A DNA stretch of 29,480 nucleotides from Myxococcales bacterium (GCA_038320275.1 JBBQEB010000029.1:1-29480); one strand, 5' to 3'; counted from the stretch's first letter, positions 1-9,728 are shown. Translations and numbers: made by a program. The notes: generated by a model not told the origin, from the letters alone.

Positions 1-1
1 C

Positions 2-1396
2 TACTTCCTCGAGGACGTCACCGTCACCTCGCACCGGTGCAGGACGAACACCGTTTCCAACACCGCTTTCCGCGGCTTCGGCGGCCCGCAGGGGATGATG
101 GCCATCGAGCAGGTAGTGGACGCCATCGCCCGCGAGCTGGCGCTCGATCCGCTGGAGGTCCGCAAGCGGAACTTCTACGGCGCGGGCGCGCGCGCCATGA
201 CGCCGTACGGGATGGAGGTGCGGGACTTCGTCGTGCCCGAGCTGGTGGAGGAGCTGGAGCGGACCTCGGAGTATGCGGAGCGGCGGCGCGTCATCGACCG
301 CTTCAACGCGGCGAGCCCATGGCAGAAGCGAGGCCTCGCGCTCACGCCGGTGAAGTTCGGGATCGCCTTCACGGCTACCGAGATGAACCAGGCTGGTGCG
401 CTGGTGAACGTCTACACCGACGGCAGCGTGCACCTGAACCACGGCGGCACCGAGATGGGCCAGGGGCTCTACATCAAGGTCGCGCAGGTGGTCGCCGATG
501 AGCTGGGCGTCGACGTGGAGCGGGTGCGGATCACGGCCACCACCACGGAGAAGGTCCCCAACACCTCGCCCACCGCCGCGTCCTCCGGGAGCGACCTCAA
601 CGGCAAGGCCGCGCAGGCGGCGGCGCACACGCTCCGCAAGCGGCTGGCGGTGGTCGCGGCGACCCTCCTCCAGGGCGATCCCGAGGACGTCGTCTTCGGC
701 GGCGGCGAGGTGCGGCTCGGCCGGAGGACGGCCACCTTCGCCCAGGTGGCCAGCCACGCGCACAGGCAGCGCGTGTCGCTCTCCTCGACCGGCTTCTACC
801 GCACGCCGGACGTGCATTGGGACAGGGAGCGGTGGCGCGGGCAACCCTTCTACTACTTCGCCTGCGGCGCGGCCGTCTCCGAGGTGCAGATCGACACCCT
901 CACCGGCGAGTACCAGGTGCGCCGGGTGGACGTGCTCCACGACTGCGGCAGCTCCATCAACCCCGCCATCGACATGGGGCAGGTGGAGGGCGGGTTCGTG
1001 CAGGGCATGGGCTGGCTCACCACCGAGGAGCTGTGGTGGGACGGGGCCGGCCGCCTCGCCACCCACGCGCCGTCCACGTACAAGATCCCGGCCTGCGGCG
1101 ACGTCCCGGAGGACTTTCGCGTCACGTTGCTCCACTCCCGCAATCGCGAGCCCTCCATCCACCGCTCCAAGGCGGTGGGCGAGCCGCCGCTCATGCTGGC
1201 GATCTCCGTCTTCCACGCGCTGAAGGACGCCGTGGCGGCTGCCGGCGGGCACCGGCTGGCGCCCGTGCTCGACGCGCCGGCCACCCCTGAGCGCGTTCTC
1301 CTCGCGGTGGAAGGGCTGCGAGCCCGCCTCGCCGCGGGTGAAGGCGCGCGCGTGGTCGCGCGCGAGGGGCCGGCCCTGCGCGAGCCGGCCGAATGA
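2..1396 (+). CDS. xdhB: Xanthine dehydrogenase molybdopterin-binding subunit (5' end outside window)
   Basis: Frame open from base 2: YFLEDV...NTAFRGFGGPQG, GGTEMGQG, SPTAASSGSD, GQVEGGFVQG and catalytic SKAVGEPP motifs; xdhC follows with ATGA overlap. Confidence 0.95.
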   Translation, partial: YFLEDVTVTSHRCRTNTVSNTAFRGFGGPQGMMAIEQVVDAIARELALDPLEVRKRNFYGAGARAMTPYGMEVRDFVVPELVEELERTSEYAERRRVIDRFNAASPWQKRGLALTPVKFGIAFTATEMNQAGALVNVYTDGSVHLNHGGTEMGQGLYIKVAQVVADELGVDVERVRITATTTEKVPNTSPTAASSGSDLNGKAAQAAAHTLRKRLAVVAATLLQGDPEDVVFGGGEVRLGRRTATFAQVASHAHRQRVSLSSTGFYRTPDVHWDRERWRGQPFYYFACGAAVSEVQIDTLTGEYQVRRVDVLHDCGSSINPAIDMGQVEGGFVQGMGWLTTEELWWDGAGRLATHAPSTYKIPACGDVPEDFRVTLLHSRNREPSIHRSKAVGEPPLMLAISVFHALKDAVAAAGGHRLAPVLDAPATPERVLLAVEGLRARLAAGEGARVVAREGPALREPAE

Positions 1397-2226
1397 CGGA
1401 CTGGATCGACGACCTGGCGCGGCTCACCGCGGAGGGTCGTCCGGCAGTGCTCGTCACAGTGCTCCGCGCGGAGGGGTCCACCCCGCGCGAGGCCGGTGCG
1501 AAGATGGTGGTCACGGCGGGCGCGCTCCACGGGACGATCGGCGGAGGGCACCTCGAGCTCGTCGCCCTGGAGACGGCGCGGGAGCTCCTCGTGGAGGCCG
1601 CTCGCGCAGGCCACGCGATGCCTCCCTCCACCCGCGAGCTCCAGCTCGGCCCGAGCCTGGGCCAGTGCTGCGGTGGGACCGCGACCTTGCTCTTCGAGAC
1701 CGTGCTGCCGCCGCCCTGGCGGGTGGCGCTCTTCGGCGCGGGGCACGTGGGCAAGGCAGTGGTGAAGCTGCTCGCCGACCTCCCTTGCCGCGTCGCCTGG
1801 ATCGATGCCCGGGAAGGCGAGCTCCCGGCCCAGGTCCCGGAGTGCGTGGAGCGGATCGTGACCGAGGCCCCCCAGGACGAGGTCGCGGACCTTCTCGCGG
1901 GGACGGACGTGCTCGTCATGACCCACAGTCACGCAATGGATCTGGAGGTCATCGACGCCGTCCTGCGGCGGGCTGATCTCCCGTTCGCCGGGCTCATCGG
2001 CTCCCTCACCAAGCGGGCGCGCTTCGTCGCCCGCCTCCGGAGCCGCGGCAGGACCGACGAAGAGCTCGGGCGGCTCACCTGTCCCATCGGCCTCCCCGGG
2101 ATCGGCGGCAAGCTCCCGGCCGAGATCGCCATCGCCACCGTCGCGCAGCTCCTCCAGCTTCGCACCGCGGCGGTCCTTCCCGCCGGCGAGCGCGCACCGC
2201 TCGCCCCGCTCGCCTCGATCCGGTGA
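1393..2226 (+). CDS. xdhC: Xanthine dehydrogenase accessory protein XdhC
   Basis: GSTPREAGAKM, GTIGGGHLE, LGPSLGQCCGG, FGAGHVG, MTHSH, GLIGS.TKRARF, CPIG motifs; coupled to xdhB. Confidence 0.95.
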   Translation: MTDWIDDLARLTAEGRPAVLVTVLRAEGSTPREAGAKMVVTAGALHGTIGGGHLELVALETARELLVEAARAGHAMPPSTRELQLGPSLGQCCGGTATLLFETVLPPPWRVALFGAGHVGKAVVKLLADLPCRVAWIDAREGELPAQVPECVERIVTEAPQDEVADLLAGTDVLVMTHSHAMDLEVIDAVLRRADLPFAGLIGSLTKRARFVARLRSRGRTDEELGRLTCPIGLPGIGGKLPAEIAIATVAQLLQLRTAAVLPAGERAPLAPLASIR

Positions 2227-2399
2227 CCCGACACGCCACGCCGGGCTGCCCCCTTGCCTCTCTGCGGGGCAGGACCCCGCTCGATGGCGAGGCTCAGCCG
2301 ACGTTGCAGCCGGTACCCTTCCGGCTCCGATCGTGGTCAACCGCTGGCATCCCAGTCGGCGTATTCTTCCCCACCGCCCGTCGCTCCAGGAGCTCCCAC

Positions 2400-3392
2400 A
2401 TGTTCAAGTCGCTGTTCGCGCTCACCGCGCTGCTCTTCGCCTTCAACGGCGTCGCCGCTCCCAAGGCCAAGGTCCGCATCGCCCTCATCGTCGAGTCGAC
2501 GGTGGACGACAAGGGCTGGTGCCAGGCCATGCACGACGCCATCTCCGCCGTGCAGAAGAAGTACGGACCGGCCCTGGTGGAGTACAGCTACAGCGAGAAG
2601 ATGAAGCCGGTGGACGCCGGCTCCGCCGCGCGGCAGTACGCCTCGAAGGGCTTCGACATCGTCGTGTGCCACGGCGCCCAGTACAAGAATCTCGTCCTCG
2701 AGATGGCGGACGAGTTCCCCAAGACCACCTTCGCCTTCGGGACGAGCGCCGAGATAGGCCCCAAGAACGTCTTCACGTACATGCCCCAGAGCGAGGAGAC
2801 CGGCTACCTCAACGGCCTCATCGCGGGGATGGTCACCAAGGCCAACGTGGTGGGCGTGGTGGGGCCGGTGGACGGCGGCGACGCTGCCCGCTACGACCGC
2901 GGCTTCGTGCTGGGAGTGAAGGCCGTGAACCCCAAGGCCGACGTGAAGGTGGCGCACACTGGCAGCTTCGGTGACTTCGTGAAGGCGTCCGAGCTCGCTC
3001 ACACCCAGATCAAGGCCGGCGCCGACGTCCTCACCGGCTCCTCGCAGCAGGCGCTCGGAGCGCTGCGCGCAGTGGCCACCTACAAAGACAAGCCCATCTG
3101 GTGGGTGGGCCAGGACACCGCGCAGCTCGCGACCGCCGAGGGGTCGAAGGTCATCGCGGCCTGCAGCTACGACTACGTCCCCGTGATCGAGGCCCTCATC
3201 GAGAAGCGGCAGTCGGGCGTGCTGGGGGGCGACAACCTCAAGCTCAACTTCAAGAACGGCGGCTTCATCTTCAAGTACAACGATGCGGTCGGGCCGGTCC
3301 TCACGCCGGCGATCCGGAGCAAGGTCGACGCGGCCAAGGCGAGCCTCGCCGCCGGCCAGCTCCCGCTCGACTGGAAGAGCGTGAAGTTCTGA
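2400..3392 (+). CDS. BMP-family (purine nucleoside-type) ABC transporter substrate-binding protein
   Basis: ATG at 2400 after AGGAG; signal peptide MFKSLFALTALLFAF; DDKGWCQAMHD, ETGYLNGLIAG motifs; heads ABC operon after xdh genes. Confidence 0.85.
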   Translation: MFKSLFALTALLFAFNGVAAPKAKVRIALIVESTVDDKGWCQAMHDAISAVQKKYGPALVEYSYSEKMKPVDAGSAARQYASKGFDIVVCHGAQYKNLVLEMADEFPKTTFAFGTSAEIGPKNVFTYMPQSEETGYLNGLIAGMVTKANVVGVVGPVDGGDAARYDRGFVLGVKAVNPKADVKVAHTGSFGDFVKASELAHTQIKAGADVLTGSSQQALGALRAVATYKDKPIWWVGQDTAQLATAEGSKVIAACSYDYVPVIEALIEKRQSGVLGGDNLKLNFKNGGFIFKYNDAVGPVLTPAIRSKVDAAKASLAAGQLPLDWKSVKF

Positions 3393-3421
3393 CTCGCCTT
3401 GGGCCGTTCTTCTTGCGCGTC

Positions 3422-5152
3422 GTGAGCTGGTTCAAGCGAGGCAGAGAAGTTCCGGCCGCACGCCGCGCGACCTCGGATGGGGGGAGCGGTCCGCCTCTCC
3501 CCGCCACCGGCGGGCGCGACACGGGGCGAGCCCCGAGCCCCATCCACCCGAGCGCGCGAGCGCGCGGGCGAGGAGGGCCGGAGCCGGCGGCTCGCCCCGC
3601 CCTCCGCGGGGAGCCATCTTCCCCGCGAGCCGCACCGGCCGCGATCGCCCTGCTGGAGCTGGAGGGGATCACGAAGCGCTTCCCGGGGGTCCTCGCCTGC
3701 GATGGCGTCTCGCTGGAGGTGCGCCGCGGCGAGCCCCTCGCGCTCCTGGGCGAGAACGGCGCCGGGAAATCCACCCTCATGAACGTGCTGGCTGGGCTCT
3801 ACCAGCCCGACGCCGGGAGGATCCTCATCGACGGGGAGCCGGTCCGGTTCCGCACGCCGGCCGACGCGCACGAACGCGGCATCGGCATGGTGCACCAGAA
3901 CTTCATGCTGGTGCCGAGCATGACGGTGGCGGAGAACGTCGCGCTCGGAATGAAGGCGCTTCACGGCGCTTTCCGGCTCGACCTGGGGGCGGCGCGGCGG
4001 CGCGTGGAGGAGGTCGCGGAGCGCCACGACCTGCCGGTGAGCCCGGACGCGCTGGTGGGGGAGCTCTCGGTGGGCGAGCAGCAGCGGGTGGAGCTCGTGA
4101 AGACGCTCTGCCTGGGCGCGCGGGTCCTCATCCTCGACGAGCCCACCTCCGCCCTGACGCCGCAGGAGACGGACGACCTGCTGGAGCGCCTGCGCCGCAT
4201 GGCGGCCGAGCTCAGCATCGTCTTCATCAGCCACAAGCTCAACGAGGCGAAGGCGCTCACCGACCGCGTCACCATCCTCCGGCACGGGGCGGTGGTCTTC
4301 CGGGGCCACACCGCCGACCATTCCGCCTCTGAACTGGCCGCGCTCATGGTCGGGCGCGAGGTGCGGGTGCCGCGCAACGCGGGCGCGGCAGGGCCTGGAC
4401 AGCCCGTCATCACCGCCCGGGACCTCCGCGTCCGCGGCGACCGCGGCCACCTCGCCCTCGACGGGCTCGACCTCGAGGTGCGGCGGGGCGAGATCGTGGG
4501 GCTGGCCGGCGTCTCGGGCAACGGTCAGCGCGAGCTCGCCGGCGCGCTGGCGGGGCTGCGGCCCATCGAGAGTGGGACGATCCACCTCGACGGCGAGGAC
4601 GTCACGCGCTGCCGGCCACGTGGGATCATCGTTCGCGGCATGGGCTACGTCCCGGAGGACCGGCACCACGAGGGCATCGTCCCGGCCTTCACGGTGAGGG
4701 AGAACCTCGTCCTGAAAGACTTCGCGAGCGCGCGCTTCAGCCGCGGACCGTTCCTGCGCCTGCGCGAGATCGCCGCTCACGCGGACCGGCTGCGAGAGCG
4801 CTACGACATCCGCTGCTCGTCCACCGGCGCCGCCGCCGGGTCGCTCTCGGGCGGCAACATCCAGAAGGTCATCCTGGCGCGCGAGCTGGCCCGTGGGCCG
4901 CGGGCGCTGGTGGCCGTGTACCCCACGCGCGGCGTCGACATGGGCGCCGCCGAGTTCATCCACGACGAGCTCCTCGCGCTGCGGGGGGCCGGCGCGGGCA
5001 TCCTCCTCGTATCGGAGGAGCTCGACGAGATCCTGAACCTCGCCGACCGCGTCGCGGTGATCTACGAGGGCAGGATCCTCGCCGTGCTCCCGGCCCGCGA
5101 GGCGACCCGTGCGTCGCTGGGGCTCCTCATGGCCGGGGTGGTGGGTGTCTAG
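3422..5152 (+). CDS. ABC transporter ATP-binding protein, double NBD (CUT2/nucleoside type); start uncertain
   Basis: GENGAGKST, LSVGEQQRVE, LILDEPT, second half GLAGVSGNGQ, LSGGNIQK; first in-frame GTG after upstream stop is 3422, conserved part begins near 3645. Confidence 0.9.
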   Translation: MSWFKRGREVPAARRATSDGGSGPPLPATGGRDTGRAPSPIHPSARARGRGGPEPAARPALRGEPSSPRAAPAAIALLELEGITKRFPGVLACDGVSLEVRRGEPLALLGENGAGKSTLMNVLAGLYQPDAGRILIDGEPVRFRTPADAHERGIGMVHQNFMLVPSMTVAENVALGMKALHGAFRLDLGAARRRVEEVAERHDLPVSPDALVGELSVGEQQRVELVKTLCLGARVLILDEPTSALTPQETDDLLERLRRMAAELSIVFISHKLNEAKALTDRVTILRHGAVVFRGHTADHSASELAALMVGREVRVPRNAGAAGPGQPVITARDLRVRGDRGHLALDGLDLEVRRGEIVGLAGVSGNGQRELAGALAGLRPIESGTIHLDGEDVTRCRPRGIIVRGMGYVPEDRHHEGIVPAFTVRENLVLKDFASARFSRGPFLRLREIAAHADRLRERYDIRCSSTGAAAGSLSGGNIQKVILARELARGPRALVAVYPTRGVDMGAAEFIHDELLALRGAGAGILLVSEELDEILNLADRVAVIYEGRILAVLPAREATRASLGLLMAGVVGV

Positions 5153-6266
5153 GTTCCGGCTCCTCTACCGAGCGGCGATCGTGCTGGCGGCGGCCCTGGT
5201 GGCGGCTGGCGTGGGGGCGCTGGTGCTCGCGGCCATCGGGAAGAGCCCGTGGGACACCTACGCCGTCATCCTCACCGGCCCGCTCCACGACCGCTTCGGC
5301 GTGACGGAGATCCTGGTCCGAGCGGTGCCACTCACGCTGGTGGCCTTGGGCATCGCCATCTCCTTCCGGAGCGGCATCCTGAACATCGGCGCGGAGGGGC
5401 AGATGATGATGGGGGTGCTCGCGGCCGCGGGCGCCGCCCTGGCGTTCCCGCGGCTGCCGGGCCTCCTGCTCGTGCCCCTCTGTCTCGCCGCGGGCGCCAC
5501 CGGAGGGGCGCTCTGGGCCGGGATCGCCGGCGTCCTGCGGGCTCGACTGTCGGTGAACGAGATCCTGAGCACGGTCATGCTCAACTACATCGCGGTCCAG
5601 GTCTACACCTTCGTGCTGCGCGGGCCGCTCATCGATCCCGACGAGCTCCTGACCGGCTCCGGCACGCCGCAGTCCATGCGCCTCGCGCGGGCGGCCTGGC
5701 TCCCACGGCTCATCCCGGGCACCCGCCTCCACGCGGGGCTCCTCATCGCCCTGGCGCTCGCGGCGGGCGTGTGGCTCCTCCTGTGGAGGACGACGCTGGG
5801 CTTCTCGCTGCGCGCAGCGGGCGCGGGGAGCAAGGCGGCGCGCTACGCTGGCATCCGGGTGGAGCGGTCGCTCGTCACGGCCATGCTCTTCGCCGGCGGC
5901 TTCGCCGGGTTGGCGGGCGCCGTCGAGGTGCTGGGCGTCCACCACCGCGCCATCGAAGGCATCTCGTCCGGCTACGGCTTCGCCGGTATCGTGGTGGCCC
6001 TCTTCGGCGCGCTCCACCCGGCCGGCATCGTGCCGGCGGCCGTCTTCTTCGGGCTGCTCCTGGTGGGCGCCGACATGACCCAGCGGTCGTCCGGCGTCCC
6101 TGCCAACATGATCCTCGTCCTGCAGGGGGTCATCATCATGGTCATCGTCTCGGCCCGCATGGTCCTCGCGAACCCTTACGCGGAGGAGCGGGCGCGGCGG
6201 CTCCTGCAGCGATGGCTGCGGCCGCGCGGCGGGGCCCCGGCCGCCCCCGGCGCGGTGGAACCGTGA
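5145..6266 (+). CDS. ABC transporter permease (nucleoside/sugar type)
   Basis: Hydrophobic; LNIGAEGQ, VNEILSTVMLNYI, GYGFAGIVVALFG; GTG overlapping upstream stop. Confidence 0.9.
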   Translation: MSRFRLLYRAAIVLAAALVAAGVGALVLAAIGKSPWDTYAVILTGPLHDRFGVTEILVRAVPLTLVALGIAISFRSGILNIGAEGQMMMGVLAAAGAALAFPRLPGLLLVPLCLAAGATGGALWAGIAGVLRARLSVNEILSTVMLNYIAVQVYTFVLRGPLIDPDELLTGSGTPQSMRLARAAWLPRLIPGTRLHAGLLIALALAAGVWLLLWRTTLGFSLRAAGAGSKAARYAGIRVERSLVTAMLFAGGFAGLAGAVEVLGVHHRAIEGISSGYGFAGIVVALFGALHPAGIVPAAVFFGLLLVGADMTQRSSGVPANMILVLQGVIIMVIVSARMVLANPYAEERARRLLQRWLRPRGGAPAAPGAVEP

Positions 6267-7210
6267 CCGGCCACATGCTCCGCGACGTGCTGTCGCTGGG
6301 GGTCTTCTTCTCGGTGGGCCTCGTCCTCGCGGCGCTGGGCGAGATGTTCAACCAGCGGGCCGGCATCTTCAACCTCGGGTGCGAGGGGATCATGAGCGTG
6401 GGGGCATTCGTCGCCTTCCTGCCGCCCCACTACGTCCACTCGGGGCCGCTCGCCGGCTGGGCCAACCTGCTCGGCCTGGGCGCCGCGGTGGGGGCGGGCG
6501 CGCTCCTGGGGCTCCTCTTCGCGCTCGTCACCGTCACCTTCCGCGCGCCGCAGGGCATCGCCGGCATCGGGCTGGAGATGCTGGGCTGGGGCGTGGCAGG
6601 CACGCTGTTCCGGCATTTCATCGGTGGCGTCACCGGCATCGAGGGCATGGAGGCCTGGCCCGTCCCGGGCCTTTCGCGCATCCCCTACCTGGGAACGATC
6701 CTCTTCGCGCAGAACCCCCTCGTCCTGGTGGCCCTGCTCGCCATCCCGGGCAGCTGGTATCTGCTCCATCGCACGGCGTGGGGGCTGCGCGTCCGCGCGG
6801 TGGGCACCCACCCACGCGCGGCCGACACCATGGGCATCAGCGTGGTGCGGGTGCGCTACCAGGCGCTCGCGCTGGGCGGCGCCATGGCCGGGCTGGGCGG
6901 CGCCTACCTGTCCCTGTGCCAGGCGAAGATGTTCGCAGACGATCTCGTGGCCGGGCGAGGCTTCATCGCGGTGGCGCTCGTCTACTTCGGTCGCTGGAGC
7001 CCGTGGGGCATCGTGGGCGGGGCGCTGCTTTTCAGCTTCGCGCAGGCCTTCCAGCTCGCGACGCAGGTGGGCGGCATCAGGTTTCCCTACGAGTTCGCGG
7101 TGATGCTGCCCTACGTCCTCGTCATCGTCGTCCTCGCCTTCGCTCGCCGCTCCCGCATGCTGGGCCCGGCCGCGCTGGGAAAGCCCTACGACCGCGAGGT
7201 GCGGGTGTGA
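6263..7210 (+). CDS. ABC transporter permease (nucleoside/sugar type)
   Basis: GEMFNQRAGIFNLGCEG, GLRVRAVG.HP.AADTMGISV, GRGFIAVALVYFGRW; GTGA overlap at 6263. Confidence 0.9.
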   Translation: MTGHMLRDVLSLGVFFSVGLVLAALGEMFNQRAGIFNLGCEGIMSVGAFVAFLPPHYVHSGPLAGWANLLGLGAAVGAGALLGLLFALVTVTFRAPQGIAGIGLEMLGWGVAGTLFRHFIGGVTGIEGMEAWPVPGLSRIPYLGTILFAQNPLVLVALLAIPGSWYLLHRTAWGLRVRAVGTHPRAADTMGISVVRVRYQALALGGAMAGLGGAYLSLCQAKMFADDLVAGRGFIAVALVYFGRWSPWGIVGGALLFSFAQAFQLATQVGGIRFPYEFAVMLPYVLVIVVLAFARRSRMLGPAALGKPYDREVRV

Positions 7211-7232
7211 TGGCGGCGCGATTCCAGCCGGC

Positions 7233-7993
7233 TCACCTCCGGGCCGCCAGCCCCCGCGCGAGGGTCCCCAGCTCCGCTGCGTCGGCGTCGGACACGAGCG
7301 CGTAGCCCAGCTCGCCGCTCCGCCAGAAGAAGGCGTGGAAGCGCCGATCGTCCGCCGAGCGCAGCTCGCCCGGCGCGAACGGCCACGCGAGGCCTTCCGC
7401 GGGGACCTCGAGCAGCGTGACCGCGTGCAGCCGTGCTCACCTACGCGCTCCCGGAAGTAGCCGACGCTGCCTCCCTGGAGCGTCATGGGCGGAAGCTCCG
7501 GGACGTCGGGCGCGAAATCGAGCCTGCCCTGGAACCAGGGCTTCACCTGGTGCGGGCCCCCGCTCTCGATCTCCACCCGGCGCTCCCGGCTCAGGACGCG
7601 CAGGTGATCGCTCACCGCCTCCGACGTGAGCAGCGCCAGCTCGGAGCGGCGGCCTGACGTCCACCCCCACGTGAGCACGCCGGCGCTGGCCGCCACGAGC
7701 CCGGCGGCGATCGCGGGGACGGCCCATCGCGCGGCGGACGAGGAGAAGCGGCGCGCGGGCGAGGGGGGCGCCCGGAGGTCCACCAGCCGCGCCAACCGGT
7801 GCTTGAGGGCGAAGGAGGCCGGGTACTGGGGCAGGTCCTCGTCGAGCACAGCGCTGAGCGCCCGCTCGTCGTGGTCGGCCTTCGCGCAGGCCGGGCACGA
7901 CGCGAGGTGCGCCACGATCGCCTCCTCGGCGTCCGGCTGCAGCGTGCCCCGGTGATGAGCCAGCAGGTGAAGCTCGGCCTCGGCGCACGTCAT
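7233..7993 (-). pseudogene. Transmembrane ZAS-type (zf-HC2) anti-sigma factor, frameshifted near 7427-7451
   Basis: MTCAEA...HLASCPAC (HxxxCxxC), TM segment, SDHLR, HQVKPWFQGRLDFAP; C-terminus RLHAVTLL...FWRSGELGYALVSD...RR* lies in another frame; span 761 nt is not a multiple of 3; ATGA overlap with sigma gene. Confidence 0.8.
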
Positions 7994-8547
7994 GGCAGCT
8001 TCCGGTCGAGCGCGTAGTCGGACAGCTTCTCGCGGAGGCCTGCCCGGGCGCGGGCGAGCCGCGACTTCACGGTCCCCGCGGCGCATCCCAGCACGAGCGC
8101 CATCTCCGCCTCGCTCAGCCCCTCCAGGTCGAGCAGGATGGCCGTCCGGGCGTCCTCCGTCAGCGTGCGCATGGCGGCCTCGATGTCCGACCCGACGCCG
8201 CGCCGCGCCTGCTCGAGCGCGAAGTCGCCGCCAATCCAGGAGCCACGCAGCGGCGGATCGCTGGCCGCTTCCGGGCTGACGGGTGGCTCCGCGGGCCTGC
8301 GCCGGCCGTCGCGATGGCCGGAGAGGTGGGTGTTGCGCAGGATTCGGAACAGCCAGGCCTTGAGGTTCGTGCCGGGCGCGAACTGGTGGAGCGCCTGCAG
8401 GGCGCGCAGGTAGGTCTCCTGGACGAGGTCCTCGGCGTCGGTCGGCGAGCGGGTGAGGTGGCGCGCGAGGTTGTGCAGCGTGTCGGCATGGGCGAGCGCC
8501 TCGCGAGCGAGGGAGGCGTTGTCGCGCGCCCGCGTCCGGATGGGCAT
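7990..8547 (-). CDS. ECF-subfamily sigma-70 factor
   Basis: Region 2 DAEDLVQETYLRA...NLKAWLFRILRN; region 4 EGLSEAEMALVLGCAAGTVKSRLARAR. Confidence 0.93.
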   Translation of the reverse strand: MPIRTRARDNASLAREALAHADTLHNLARHLTRSPTDAEDLVQETYLRALQALHQFAPGTNLKAWLFRILRNTHLSGHRDGRRRPAEPPVSPEAASDPPLRGSWIGGDFALEQARRGVGSDIEAAMRTLTEDARTAILLDLEGLSEAEMALVLGCAAGTVKSRLARARAGLREKLSDYALDRKLP

Positions 8548-8591
8548 GTGCGATTTGTACACCGGCCCCCGTCGACGATGGATGATCCCGC

Positions 8592-8617
8592 CAACGCGCC
8601 AGCGCCGGATCCGTTCC
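8592..8617 (-). promoter_or_regulatory. Putative ECF promoter for the sigma/anti-sigma operon
   Basis: Minus strand GGAAC-ggatccggcgctggcg-CGTTG (16-nt spacer), about 45 nt upstream of the sigma ATG. Confidence 0.65.
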
Positions 8618-8642
8618 GTGGCGACCTCGAAGGGGCGGCGCA

Positions 8643-8668
8643 GGAACCGGCGCGGGGCCCCTGCGTTG
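8643..8668 (+). promoter_or_regulatory. Putative ECF promoter for the metallophosphoesterase-cupredoxin operon
   Basis: GGAAC-cggcgcggggcccctg-CGTTG (16-nt spacer), same elements and spacing as the divergent copy. Confidence 0.65.
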
Positions 8669-8729
8669 CGCCTGCCAGAGACCGCTGCGCTCCGCTCCCC
8701 GCGGACGCCCCGGCCAGAGGGAAGCCACC

Positions 8730-9728
8730 ATGAAGGCACCCATCGATCGCCGGACCTTCCTCAAGATCTCGACCATCTCCCTCGGATTCGGCGCGCTCTA
8801 CACCGTGTCGCCGGCGCTCGCGGGCGGAGGGGAAGCCGCCGAGGCGAAGCGGCGCCTGGCAGCGCTGAACGGAGAGGCCCTCGAGCCGTTCTCCTTCGTG
8901 CAGCTGAGCGACACGCACGTCGGATCGCAGGCCCCTCAGAACCCCGCCGGAACCCGCGCCTTCGAGCGGGCGGTGGAGATCGTGAACGGCCTCCGCGACC
9001 GTCCCGACATGGTCCTCTTCACGGGCGACCTCACGCATGACGCCGAGGACCGCGCCGAGCGTGCGAAGCGGATGCAGCGCTTCCGCGAGATCGCGGGGCG
9101 GCTCCAGGTGAAAGATCGAAGGACCGTGCCCGGCGAGCACGACGCCGCGGTCGACGGGGGGGCGCTCTACCGGGAGGTGTTCGGCGAATCGTTCTACGCG
9201 TTCGATCACCGCGGCGTGCACTTCGTGGCGCTCGACAACGTCTCGCTCAAGAAGCCCGAGGTCGGGCCCGAGGGCGTCGCCTGGCTGAAGAAGGACCTGA
9301 CCCGGTTCGCCTCGACGGTGCCCATCGTCGTCCTCACGCACCGGCCGCTCTTCGATCTCCGGCCGGACTGGGAGTGGTTCACGCGCGATGGCGACCAGGT
9401 GATGGCGGCGCTCGCGTCGTATGAGAACGTCACGGTGCTGTATGGACACATCCACCGCGAGGACGTGCACGCGACGACTGGAACGCACCACTACGCGGCG
9501 CGCTCGCTGTGCTGGGCGTTCCCGGACCCCAAGCAGGCGGCGGAGCGGAAGCCGATCCGGTTCGACCCGGAGCAACCGTTCCGGAACCTCGGCCTGCGGG
9601 CGCTGCACGCGACGCGAGGAAACGGGCCGTCGGCCCTCGCGCTCGGGCTCGACGAGATCGAGCTGACGCTGCGAGAGACCTCCGGGACGGAGGGCTTCCA
9701 GCAAGTGCTGAAGCCTTCGTCGATCTAG
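8730..9728 (+). CDS. Tat-exported calcineurin-like metallophosphoesterase
   Basis: DRRTFLK twin-arginine signal; SDTH, GDLTH, PGEHD, THRP, GHIH metal-binding motifs. Confidence 0.9.
   Translation: MKAPIDRRTFLKISTISLGFGALYTVSPALAGGGEAAEAKRRLAALNGEALEPFSFVQLSDTHVGSQAPQNPAGTRAFERAVEIVNGLRDRPDMVLFTGDLTHDAEDRAERAKRMQRFREIAGRLQVKDRRTVPGEHDAAVDGGALYREVFGESFYAFDHRGVHFVALDNVSLKKPEVGPEGVAWLKKDLTRFASTVPIVVLTHRPLFDLRPDWEWFTRDGDQVMAALASYENVTVLYGHIHREDVHATTGTHHYAARSLCWAFPDPKQAAERKPIRFDPEQPFRNLGLRALHATRGNGPSALALGLDEIELTLRETSGTEGFQQVLKPSSI

Noticed and set aside
2227..2399. Purine/xanthine riboswitch ahead of the BMP gene
   Set aside because: Small stems exist (AGCCGG/CCGGCT, GCCGAC/GTCGGC) but no recognisable aptamer consensus; expected by chance at this GC
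6176..8776. 866-aa minus-strand ORF as one protein
   Set aside because: Artefact: only the 7993-7445 part is anti-sigma; the rest is off-frame sigma sequence and antisense permease read-through caused by the frameshift
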